NCBI RefSeq assembly: GCF_038025025.1
Contig: NW_027117339.1
Span: 372,001 to 436,000 of the forward strand
DNA length: 64,000 bases
DNA from: Phyllosticta citribraziliensis
Lineage: Eukaryota
Direction: 5' to 3'
Part shown: piece by piece, positions 13,601 to 26,200 of the stretch
How the letters are laid out: every line of letters starts with the position of its first letter
Numbering within the stretch: position 1 is the first letter of the stretch
The notes under the pieces: model-generated
The model's input: the letters and a program-made list of their open reading frames with translations, nothing else
Databases searched by the model: none
What the model was told of the DNA's origin: nothing
Made by a program: the position numbers and the translations under genes

Positions 13601-16600
13601 TCAGTCACTCCATCATTTGTCAACCTAGCTGCCTACGTCCCCCTACTTGCAATGAAGTGTCCAAAGAAAGGGCTCTGGACAGAGTAACAGTGCAGTGTGA
13701 GTGCGGTATCTTTCCGTTTAGAGAGCTATCCGCATCCGTGCATTAACCAAACAAGAGCGCAACTTACAAATCCTACCTAAGCGCCTCATGAGACGGTTTC
13801 CGGGGCATTCAAATCCTTCTCCCGCTCAACAGAAGAGCTTTCCGCTCAGCAGAGGGGGGTAGCATCGACAGAGACCGGGAGGGGTAAGGGCATGGGGAAT
13901 TTGAGGCATGGTAGCATTTTGCCTTTGCCTTTGCGCTTTTGTAGCCTGACATTGTGGCACAAACAACCCCCGCTGTTGCCCCTCCCTTCAGTGATGGTCC
14001 CCCTGCCCTCTCTCTCATGCCATTTTGACTCCGCCCCAGTCAAATTCCCGCTCTGCTCCGAGGTCTTTTCTTGCGCTTGCGCATAGATGTTAGTGATCAC
14101 CGTCGTCCTGACTCTTTTCAAACCTGTCACTCGTCAATTTTTGTCGCCCACCTGCTGTAGCGCCCGATGCCCCCTGCCACAATGTGTCCCTCCCCTGGCC
14201 CGAGGTCCCTTGGAGTGAAGCGCACCTCCCGGTCTGGGTCCAGTTGTATCTTCATGCCACTGTCCCGGCCTGATTGCCCGTTGGATCGCTTTATCGATTC
14301 GTTTCTTTCTTTTTTGACCAACGAAAAGAGGAGAAGGCCAGGGGAACGGACCACCACGTACTGTCAGATGGCTCGGTCCACCTACCTTATTTATGCTTGT
14401 TCATCTATATGGACCATGCAGCAAGTCAGTAGAACCGCTAGTGAGGTGGGTTTTGGTGTCACGACGTCGCCCCTCACTGAGTCGATCAAGATACCTTCGA
14501 GTTGTGACGATAGGTTTCCATTCGGCATCTTCAAGGGGGCGACGCTACTATCGGTCAGACCCGAAGCCGGGTCGTCCTGCTCTTGGGCGGCCTTGGCTCA
14601 GTCTTCTTATGTGGATTCCAGATGTCTGTGTGGTGTGAGTATGAGAGGCGCCCCCTTCTCCTGGGCGCGTAGGTGGAGACGACTGGAAATGTGTGGTCGA
14701 CTCGGCAGGTTTCAACCGACGATAGATGAGTGCTTTCTTGTCGCATTGCTTCTCCGCCAGGCATCAGAGGGGCCTCAGCTGATCTTTTCCTTCTTTTCTG
14801 ATGTTGCTGTTACGTCCTCAATGTCGTCCGTCCCATGGCTTGGGGCGTGGACATGCGCGTGCGTTGTAGGAGCGGGACTGCACAACGGTACGCTGCATGA
14901 TGGTACAGCAACGGCTGCTGCCGTCCGGGTTGTAGCGCTGTCGAAAATCATGCCGTATTGTTGATTGTGTTGTTGGTGCGTCCAAGAGCCGCATCGGTCT
15001 CCCGGAACCAATGACACCGACCAGGAGGATCGTGCAGGCGGGAGTTGAGTTCTGAATAAGGGATGGAGCGCGAGTGACGATCTGACGCAGACGGAGTTTC
15101 TCATTCCGTTCAATCAGCGCAGCGGAGGGTACCGTACGGACGTTGCTTAAATTATCCTGGGCCTCGAGGCGCCATGCAGGCGGGATAGCTGCGCTGGAGT
15201 GGTGGATATTCAGAGGTCCTGCCCGGCGTTCTGGTCTACTTCGGGCGGCGATGCCCGTCCTGGCGCTAACTGTCGGCGTCGACGTCACCACACGGATGGG
15301 TCTGCTGGAGAAGGGTCAGTCTGTGGATTGCCGGTCTGATATCCGTAAAATCAGCGAAGGCCTGACTGCCGTGGAGAGAGTGGAGCCCGCCGAGTAGTCT
15401 CTGGGTGAACATCGGAACCAGGGGCACAAAAGAGACCCCGACCGGAGGTTAGAGGCGGACATAAGCGGAGAGACAGGATTTTCCAGGACTCGTACTCGAC
15501 GTCTCTGTCGATGGTGCCGAACGTCGGGGACGGTAACGAGGTGCATGGACTGGAAGCAGAAGTGCGTTGATTTTTTCTTTAATTTTTGGAAGAGCTTGGC
15601 AGGTACGCGGTGGGACGCCGCATGCCTGCCTTTCACGTCATTCCTGGTTCCCGTCACCTCCTTGCCTGCTCCGAGAAACTATGCATTGTGAGGCTCGAGA
15701 AAATTGTCTGCTGTTGGAAGCGTCGTGGCGTAGTAGAAGTTGGATCATGTGTTTGTGCAGAGTGCAGATACGGTGTTGGATCTGCTGACAATCTCGATCG
15801 CCACTCTCTGTGTTGTCGTCGTCCGTTCCGTGCATTTCGACCTGGCGTAATGTTTATCGACTTTTTGGAAGCACCATCGTCAGCATCATGAGAGGCCGTC
15901 ATGGAGGTTGCCGGGCGACAGGGAACGGTCCCTGTCGGCAAAGTCGGGTGCGGGCATTGGGCCTGGCTAACAGGCACATCTCCGCGCCGGGCCCAGGGTA
16001 TCTGGGATCCCCCAGTGCATACCCGTCCGCGTCTCCACCACAATGCTGCGTCGATGATGCTTGACGACGAGAGCAGCTCGTGGTGTCGGCGGCGGAGATT
16101 TTTTGTGTCGCAGAAGGCGAACAAGGCCCTGCTTCAAAATCGACCCTGCTGCTCCCGTTCTCGATGACCAGTGGCGCCCACACTATTGGACCGCTACTGC
16201 GTCTCAAGCCACGGCGCCTGTTGCTGCATTTTTGGCCCTCAAGATCCAGCGCTACAAGTTCATCGAGGCAAGCTGCAGCCTCAAGTCAGGCTTGTCCACT
16301 TTCATCCCCTGAGTTCAAGGAGCTCGTTTTCGGATCCTTTTCCTGAACAGCGTCGCCAGGCGTCACGCCGGAACCCCTTGTGCTGTACGTCCGTCTTTCA
16401 AGCATCACGGTATCAAAAGTCTTGATGCCCTTGAGCTCCATCTCAAGTCGCAAACGCCCGTTCATGACATGATTCGCCAATATGAACTGTCTTGGGTCTG
16501 CAGCTTTTTTTGAAGCCCGCTTGCGCGTCCACGGAGGTCGAAACTCCGGATCATGATGGCTGTCGACAAAGACGGCACCAAACGCACCTTTGGGAAGCTG

Positions 16601-19600
16601 TATTGTCCGGGTTCAGAAGTGCTCGACCTTCTTCGGGGCCTGCGCGGAAGGGCCCACGGCAGATGTACCAGTGATGGCCGTTGCCCCGTGTTCGTGTTGG
16701 CGCTCAGGTTCCCGTGAGATCATACTCGTCCTTGGACCATCGCCGGCAGCTATTCCGCATAGCACCTAGGAGGGATATTCCTGGGTGTGCATGCAAGGGC
16801 GCCAGCGCCACGCGACAGCTTAGATCCGATGCAAAGAGCAGTCGTCGCCGGTAGCATCTCTTAGCCTGTGCGCCAATGACTGCCAGGTACCGGCACCTGA
16901 ACGCCCACTCGTTCCGGTAGACGAGTGGGAGACGCGTCAGTGGGCTAGGGTTTTGTTTCGACATTCCTGGTTCCCCAACGTTTGCTAAGAGAGCTGCTCC
17001 TGTGTGACGCGTTCGTTGGCTTCACCAGAATAAGGCTGCTGCGTGTGCTCGTGGATTCCCGCGTGCGCATTGGGCTGCCTGGCGCGCCTTAGGGCCAGCT
17101 GGTCGTTAGAATTCCCGATGCGGTAACATGTGTACGACGTCGTCCTCGTGGTACAAGTGTCGGCCTGCGCCTAAAGGTCACAGCGTCGGACCATATTTTC
17201 GCCGTCAGGTTCCTGCTCGAGGCGCATCAAAAAGGGCTCGTGCGGGCGTGACGGGGGGGCTCCGCTGGTTTTCACCACTGAACCCCTGACCGATCCGAGA
17301 CTTCAGACACGCTTCTGACGTTCTTCTAGAAGGGGCGGGCAAGGAGTTAGGCCCGCGACACTTGATACTGTAGGGCTGTCTTATGGCAAGTTGGGGGCAC
17401 ACATGGTCCTGCTCATTATCAACAACACCAAGCTGTTGAACACGATCAAGTTCATTCGGGCAAGGCATGAGGCAGTGCAAATTGTTCGGGGCCGGTGTTT
17501 CAAGTCCGAGCCCGAGAGGGCCCGACAGGAGTGCCCGAGCGTTCGGACTTGAGTCTGGGGAAAAGGAAAAGGGTATGGCACGGTACGTCCTTTCGTCCTG
17601 CATGAAACTGCGATCTTCTTCACAGATTCCTCTGTAGGCACGTAAGCTGATCGGGTATGCCCAGGAGCGATTTCCAGGGGCTGTAGAGGGCTCTTGTCGG
17701 CGGGATCTTGAGGACAATCGCACCGATTGCGGTTTACGGACGGGCAGTGATGTCGTGCATGGTCGAGCGGCGGGCGGGCGGGTGGCCGGCATCTATAAAT
17801 TGAACAGCAGCGGAGGATTTTACTGATAATAGCAGCGGCGCATCGAATCATGTTGCTAGCGGCGCAACTGAAGTATGGGCTTCCCTGGTTGAATGAGTTG
17901 AGAAAAGCTCGGAGCAAACCAAAGAAACATGTTCTTGATGCAAAGTTGTCCACGAATCCGCTCTGCGAGACAATTTACTACCAAGAAATACCGCGCGTAT
18001 GAAGATAGGAGAAAAAATCAGGGGCCAAGGTTGGAAAGCGGCTAGGTAATGCAGGGTGCGCGACTGCAGTCAGAGCTACGCACATGGTGAGTGTCGAGTC
18101 AAAGTCGAGAGGGGGTTGGTTGGTGGATTAGATCGTGGCCCTCGTCTGAGAGAAATTCGCAGGACATTAAAACGACGTGTGGGCGCGCCCACCTACCACA
18201 GAGCCGCAGATTTTGCTGATACACCGGGGACTGGACGATGCAATTGTCTGTGATCCGCAGTTTGATCGAGTGTTTTGGCGTAAGAGGAGCTGGATCCGGC
18301 CGGACCCCTGGTTGGCATGATCAACGACGATTTGGTCTCCTTGGGCGTTGTCTCCGGCTGATGTTTCAGTGGCAGGTAGTGACATGATTGGGGAACGTTG
18401 GAAACGCAGCTGCGGCACAGATGCACGCCGCCCTTTCCGGCACGCAGCGCTGACAGCGCTGAGAGAGCTGACGAGCTTCGGGCAACAGGGGGAGCATCAC
18501 AGCCGATCATGGAGAGATCAGACGCGGTGTAGTCCTGCTGTCGGGGAGCTGCGAGGTGTCGACGGAGCTTCTCGGCACAACTTTAGAGGCTCATGCGACA
18601 AAAGCGGACGGCTGTTCCCGCCGACAGCGGTTCCTGGAGTCGAGGTCGAAACGACACCTCAGGCTGCCTTCTTGGTCATCGGATGAGCAAAAGGCCCGAC
18701 AGACTGGGACGGGCAGGTTGGCCAACAAAACTCCAGAAAAATAGATGAAGCGGTGGAGATTTGTCGTCTGTGTTTGCCGCATGCGACCAGAGGGGCGCAG
18801 TGTCTTCGGCATGAATGATCCGTCCACACTGCATCTCCGTCTTGCGATGGTTGTATGCCGTGGGGCCCGTGGTCTTTTGGGGAACCAGGTCGGTGGATAG
18901 CTGGCGCTGTGCAAATGACACCAGAAGAAAGAGTAGCGGCAGCAAGAATGACCAGAGAGAGAGAGCGCGCGCGCAGGCCTCGTCAGCCCATCCGCCCGCC
19001 ACGTCTGACGTCCTGGGCATCAACGACAAATGACGACGTGCGTATACAGCCAATACTTTTTCTTTTTGGTCAAGCTTGTTTCCCCCGCTCGACCCTTGCC
19101 GAAAGGAATGCGGTACGCACAGAGAGAGGGGAAGAGAAGGGAGAAAGACGAAAATACTCAACGAGACCACGTGGATGGATGATCGCTCAGCGCGATGCCA
19201 GGGGCTTACGTACGATACACGCCCTGAGAGCTGTTGTGACAGGCTGGGCCATGCACAATCAACCACGATGGCCGCCGTTGTGGAGGGCAAAGAGGTTGAC
19301 GCAAAGAGAGCCTGTGTTGTAGCTGCGCCGCCTTCTTCTCATCTCTTGGGTCCAGGGAGTCGTGCTCGTGCTCGAGCAGCGTGGGAGCAGAATTGCATTG
19401 ACTGAATCTCCGAAGCTCGTGAGAGAGGTGTGGTGCAGAGGGGAGCAGCCAGTCGCAAACGGCGCAGCAATGTCGTCCCCAGGGGCCGCATGTCGTGGGA
19501 TATTGGCAGCTGGCATGGCATGGCATGGTGCATAGACGTCCGGGCGTTTCTTGGGAGCTTCGATCAGCGGCGGGAGTCGGGAGTCGGGAGAGGGCGTCAT

Positions 19601-20766
19601 ATCGTCACGGTCACGGTCACGGTCGAGGGTGAAGGTCGAGGTGGCTGAGGGCAAGCCTGAGAGTGGCGGCGGCTAATGACAAAGCGGCAAGTAGTCCGCT
19701 AGCCGTGCAGCCTGCCTGTGGCCTCCCCGTACCTCACCCTGCCCCCAACGCCATCACGACCATGGAATGGACCACTGCAAACCCTTCATCCAACGCCTGT
19801 CTCGAGTTGACAGAGACTCTCCCGCATGCTGTCCCGTCCCGATGTGTCCGTCTGCCTACGCGCTGCTAACCCCGGCCAGTGCCTGCTGCATCTTCGCACC
19901 TCAACACCACCACTGCAAGCACATCACCACCATCGTCATGGCTCTGTCTGAGTACCAAGGCTGTCTTCGAGCCAAGTCTGCCTCCAGCCTATCCCTCTCA
20001 TCCCGCCCCGCTGCAATGGAGATCTTCCCCTTGGCCGACAACGGTAGTCTGCGCACGCCCTCCTTCTCCTCTTTCCAGCGAGTCCTTCTCTTTGCCATTG
20101 TCTTGAGTGCCCGTCGTCGAGGGATCCGCGGCCAGGGTCCTCACGCCCGGAGGCTCGTTCGAGAAGTAGAGAGCATCAGGCCCCGGTCGACCATCTGGGA
20201 AGGCGGGGCGGCCGCTGCTCGGTGACGCCAAAAGCGCCAGAGGGAGCGCTGAACGTCTCTATTGCATGTCGCGGAAACGGCCCATCCCAAGCCTTCTTCT
20301 CTCCCTTGCCAGATGATCCATTTTGCGCAAGGCTACCCGCCCGCACCGGTCCTGGGGCCCACCGCGCCGCTCAGGAACGAGTACGACCGGGACGCACCCA
20401 CGACCATCAGACCAGTCACTGCCCTACTTTACGGCCGTGGAGTAGGACCGGTCTCCACGCTGCCCGCAGGCCCACGATGCCTTTGGCTCACCTTCACTGC
20501 CCGTCCCTAGCTCTCACTAATCTTAGGGTCTTGACGGCCTTCCCGGTCGGTATATTTACACGCCGCTATTCACCTGCACGGGGATTGCCTAGCAGGGAAT
20601 CGCTCTCCCCCAGGACAACGACCACTAAACATACATACATCTCGTGGCGCGCTCCCCATCTCTCGCCCTCGACCGTCACCAGTCCCCGTTGGGCATCGAT
20701 CCTCGACCACGCCAACCGCGTTCCTTCCAACAGCTCTTCGTTCCCCATACGGCAGCTCTGGCCCAC

Positions 20767-23292
20767 ATGACGTTGGTAACCGTCTGTCCGCCACAGCCGT
20801 TTGACTATCTCGATCAACCTGGCTTCTCCGACCAACCAGTCACCATGGCTGGCCACTACAACAACTTGCCTCCCATGCCTCCGTACTACAACCTCAACCC
20901 CGCTCAACATATGATGCCCATGGACAGCTTTGCCCACTCTGCCTATGCTCCGGGTCTACAGCACTATCAAACCCTTTCTTCCGAGAGCCTTCGCCAAGCG
21001 TATGCTGAACTCGATGATGGAAACAGGGGCATGCTCCCTGCCACCAACTCTTCGAGAGCCCGAAGAAGGGCCTCTGGAAACGAGCAAGTGAAGCACCGCA
21101 GGACGCGCAGTGGTTGCTACACTTGCCGCAATCGAAGGGTCAAGGTAGGCCTCAAAGAAGCCCCTGTCAGTTTCGTCATTGCTAACATTTGTGTGTGCCA
21201 GTGCGACGAGACCCATCCCATTTGTGAAAGTGAGTACAGCGCATCAAATTTGAACCGCGTCAGCTGATCATTTGAAACCCAGGATGCCGCAAGGGCAACA
21301 GAGAATGCGTGTACCCTGAACCAACCAGTGGCACGAAATCGAACCGCAGCGCCTCCAGAGCCAAGGCTGGTTCGCCTGAAAGCACTTCTTCCGCAGACGA
21401 AGAGAGCAAAACGAGTCTTCCTCCAATCCTCGACGAAGACGAAACTGGTGCCGAGGCGTCGACTAGTAGGGGAAGTGTCTCGACAGCGAGTCGCCGCGAT
21501 CGGGAAACATCAAATTCGCCTTGCCTTACGATTGACAAAAGTCCCTCGCCATCTACTGAAAATTCAAGTATAGCAGCGATCCACGTCCTGCCTCGGCGTG
21601 CCCCATCTCGGAAGTCAAGCCGCTCAAACCTGCGCAAATCTCCCATTGATCGAACTTGGACGGACCTCCCAGCAGATGTACGCTATTATCTCGACTGGTT
21701 TCGAAACAACATAACCTGCCATCACTACGCCCTCAAGTACGATGGCGCTGACTTTATGCGGACGACACTGCTTGAGATTGCTGCACACAATGATCACCTT
21801 CTTTACGCTGTCGTGGGCTTTGCCGCCTATCACCATGCCTTGAACAAGCCAAACGGAAGAATTTCCGATTTTCTAGGATACTACAATAAAGCTGTGCAGT
21901 TGCTTTTGCTCTCTTTGCAGCGCAATCAGAGGCGCACGCCTGCCACTTTGCTGACCATTCTGCAGCTGGCGACAATTGAGGTGCGTATTTGTGTTCGAGA
22001 AACTATTCGCATAGTTATTGATGACTAGGACACAGGAGTACTTAGGTGACTACGTCAATCTCATTGGACATCAAAAGGCCGCATTCGAAATCATCACCTC
22101 CATGTACACTCCTCAAAGCATCATGCAAAACGAGACACTTCGGAGAATCATGAGTTGGTACGCTCGCTACGATCTCATGGTTGGCATTCTCTCGGGCTCC
22201 GAGACTGTCCTGAGTCGCGACTGGTTCCTTTCGTGTGCCGAATTCTACTCTCAGCAATGCCGCGACAGACCTCACGATGTCGGCTGCAAGTTCGACGAAC
22301 GACTGGCGCAATGCAGGCTACTTGCGGTGGATTCCGCATCGCTCTTTGCCCGCAAGGCCAAGGGTCAGGTCAGCGAAGATGCCTTTGTCGCTGATTGTAT
22401 GAACTTGGATCGCCAGTTCGACGAGTGGATCGATCAACTTGATCCAGCTCTTCAAGATCCGTCGAAACATATGAGGGATTTCAGCGACCGCCCGCCTTTG
22501 GGCCCCAATGATGTTGTCGACCCTTTCGACCCAGATTTCGCCTACGAGGACGATCTTTTCCCCATGAACATTGTCCTTCAAGATTACTGGGCTATCGCGC
22601 TCATGTTCAAGACACAAGTCTGCAATATCATGAGACAGCCACCGCCGCCACAAGCAGGCGAGATGGCCGTCAACATTTGCAAGATGTTTTCGATACTCGA
22701 ACACCACCCTCAGAGTCCTCCGGGTATGATGATCGAGTTGCAATCTTCCGTTGGCATGGGTATTTTGAACCTTCCAAAGGACGATACGCACACGACCTGG
22801 GGACGACGCAAGTTTGCCAAGATCGAATCAGGAGGGTAAGCTTGTCATATACCAACGGAATTTGTGAAACTCGTGGCTGACATGATACGACCGGACAGAT
22901 ACATTTACCCTCACGCGTTCCGCCTCCGCATGGCAAACGCCTGGCAAATCGATGTCTCCCGCTGGTGGTTACCAAACGACGAAGGACTCTCGGATATCGT
23001 CCGCCAAATCCGTGCCTTTACCGAAGAGCGCAGCGGTATTCCCCCCGACCAGACAGGGAAAGACTTGCAAAATATGAAAGGCCTTTTCGAGACCATGGAA
23101 CTCGGGGAAACCAATTCCCCAACACAGATGTCAGGTCTCGATCAAATGCACACGGAGCTCAGCAAAGCTCATGAAATGCCCGAACTCGGTGCTACGAGCG
23201 AGGAAATTGCGCAAATGCAATTCAGCGAGGCGATGATTTACGAAGCCAGTCCGGAGTACGGATGGGATTTTGACCACCAACAACAATTTTAA
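20767..23292 (+). CDS. Zn(II)2Cys6 transcription factor with fungal-specific TF domain (tentatively SfgA/ADA-6-like). Introns 21145-21201, 21230-21282, 21981-22035, 22836-22898
   Basis: Splicing reconstitutes KHRRTRSGCYTCRNRRVK|CDETHPICER|CRKGNRECVYP, a complete six-Cys cluster. It is followed by LLYAVVGFAAYH..FLGYYNKAV..TILQLATIE|EYLGD. All four introns are GT-AG and keep frame. Confidence 0.93.
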
Positions 23293-26200
23293 TGATTGAA
23301 GAGATGGGATTGGTGCCGGTCACCGAGAGTCTGCTGGCAGCACATTGCCCTTCTTCGAGAGGCAATGCTTATGGAATTTTAATATGCCTGCCCTGCTTAC
23401 CCCTGCTGGCAACAGTATGCCGGGTGGGCTAGCTGGCAATGCGTCGGAGTGCGCATCTCTCTTCGAGCCAACTGCATTCAACAGAGCAAGCAAGATCCAA
23501 CAGTTATCTAATTTCCCCTTCCTTGCATCCATCCAAACATTTCAGCTCTATACCTCTTGGCTGTCTTCCTTTCCTCACAATACCATAAGCGCGGCGTTTT
23601 ATTTTGCAATTGGGATTTTGCAGAGTTCATTCTCTGGACTCCAAGCTCAACACTTGGACTATGTTTTTTTCTTTGTGCTCAAGACCAAGCAAATCATGGG
23701 TATCGGCGTTTGGACACAAACAGGGTCGCATCATTGGCAGCATGGGAGGGAGAGCCTATGGGTCATTCTTGGAAAAAGAAAGTTTCATTTCTTGTATCTG
23801 TATTACTATTGGTGCATTTTCAGTTCTATTTCGAATTTTACCCATCTTGTCTTCGTTACACTAATCCTCGTGGATTTTCCCCAAATCAACGACAATCGGA
23901 GGAGGCTTCATGGCTACTGGCCAAATCATACGCTTTTCGAACCGACATCTTTTCTCTGACTACCAAAATGGAACGGCATAACGACTCTGGCCTTGCTCAT
24001 CTCCGGGGTCTAAACAAAGTTGATGCTTTCCACGTGCTTGGTGGTGCGTTCAGCGGCCGTTGATCGACGGCAATTACGGGCATTGGCCTAAGCCCGTTGT
24101 AGGGCAAAACAATGCGGGGGATTAGCCAGATTCTGCAAGCTCGCCCAGATGTACGCCACAACCATGGAATTTCCAGCAGCATGGACGGGGGCATGGGTGT
24201 CGTCTTTAATCAAACGTCGTCCGGTGCGTACATGACGCGTCTTGCCGTTCCGTTGCCAGCGTTTGGAGGGCGAAACGAGTACGAAACTCCGCTCCGCCCC
24301 CTTCGCGTGTCCGTCGCTTGTCCCGCTGCCTTGGCCGACTCCGACGTCTTCCGCGAGACTTCGCTTGCACGCCTAACACCCCCTTATCCGTCTTTTCCCT
24401 CATCCGAACTCCTTGGCCCTCTCACCATCCCAGTTTGCTTGTATGCACGAAAGTCTTCCCGGTCGATCGCTCAAGGCTGCCGACGATGCCGATTCCGCAG
24501 TCTCCCCCTTTCTTGGGGGCACGAAATCGTCCCAATGCCGATGTCTCCGAGACGCCTGGTCCCTAGTAGGCGGCGGCGAGGACCACGCATAAACAAAGCC
24601 CGCAGAGGACATTGGAGGTGACGTAGTATCTCCAAGCACAAACACCCGGGAGTCCAAACAGTGCACCAATCAAATACCACCGAATCTCTTCGGACCCTGC
24701 CGTTTCTAGGGAAAGAGAAAACATTAATCAGTGGTAGACCCTGAGAAGTTGACGACAGCGCCGACGACCGACTACACGGATAGCTATTTTTGACTCGGCT
24801 CACGGTGGATGCCAAATGTAGACCTCATCCCTTATTGATGGCACACGGAAGTCTTTCGCGAGAGAACAAAAATATCTTTTCAATATTTACTGACAAGTCC
24901 CCTTCTCAGGCCGCCATCTTAGCCGCGAATTTTCCAAGTCATGGTCAGGCTGGCGCTCCAAAATCCATTGAATTGAAGCATAGACCCAGTAACACGGAGC
25001 AACTTAACTTGGTCCAAGGCGGCGGTGCTCCAAATGGCAATGGCAAAAGCTTGGGTTCATTGTTAGTTGAAGCACGATGAGCGGGTGCTGTGAGCAACGG
25101 ATTTGCCCCTGCAACCACCAACCCCCTCGCCCTCCGAGACACTTTGGAAAGTCTCTGCGCGGCATGGTTCGCAGTCCTCTCGGCCTTGGAGCGGCGTTGC
25201 CGACTACAACCTCATCAAGCGTTCTGCAGCAAGTCGCAGCAGGATTCTCAAGTATCCACCTCGCAACATTCGACCAAATCCTTCTTGCTTTCTTTGTCCC
25301 AAGGCACTGGGTTCTGTTCAAAAGACGTGTCGTAATGCCTCCTGCCTTCATCCAGGCCTTTCTCTCCCTGTCCCTGCTCTTCCGTTCGCCCGCCGCGCAC
25401 AATTTCGCGCGTCGACTCGCGAAGACAACGCCAATGTCGCTTGTTCCATTGAACCATCGTGCTGGTTCTCAGTCTGTCGATCTCTTGTATCGTCAGTTTT
25501 CGAAATGGCAAGATAAGGGCCTGTGCCGTGTTGGGTGTGGTCAAGCCATGCCACTAGCAGGACCACCTTCTCCTCACCACCAACAAAGTCATCGCCACCT
25601 TCCTCGAATGTGCCTCATGGCGGTCAGTCAGTCAGCCAACACGCGCATGGCCACGTCCGTGGAGACTGGACCGTGACTCGCACGATACCAACCCCATGCC
25701 AAGCCGGCCCAGAAAGCTCGCCCCAGTTGACGTGCGGTCGAGGTCGACAACAGACCCACATGACGACTCACAGACAGTGGAGGGAGCAAGAGGTGGGGTA
25801 CGGGCATTAAAAGTCACCCTCGAACGTCTCAAGTAGACCACCGCGCAACTCGGAAGAGGTTCAGCCTTTTGCCCTGGTGGGACTGGAAAAGGGGGCAAAC
25901 TGGGAACGCAAGCAGGCAGATCCAAAGCTTTGAGACGACGTCTCGGCACACACGACGACCCATTTGCCGCTGGTCTCGTTGCCATGGTCGACCGCGTTCG
26001 CCCTTGCTCGCTGTCATCGACGTCTGATGCTGATCCCCCTCCTGCCCCTCTTCCCCTTCCCTCTCCCCTCCGACGGACGGACGTGCTGAGCTCGGGTGCG
26101 GACGGACGCCGCGCGCGTGCCACCGCCTCACCACCACTTGACCGGCAGAGCCAGGCCAGACAGACAGGCATCCGCCAAATGCAGGCCCGATACCTGCAGA

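Noticed and set aside
14167..14964. 265-aa ATG-initiated ORF in the gene desert
   Set aside because: Ser/Arg/Cys-rich, random-like composition with no codon bias or recognisable domain. Not supportable without expression data.
20644..20766. In-frame GTG-initiated N-terminal extension of the Zn2Cys6 factor
   Set aside because: Weak context (C at -3) and no conservation evidence available. The ATG at 20767 is sufficient.
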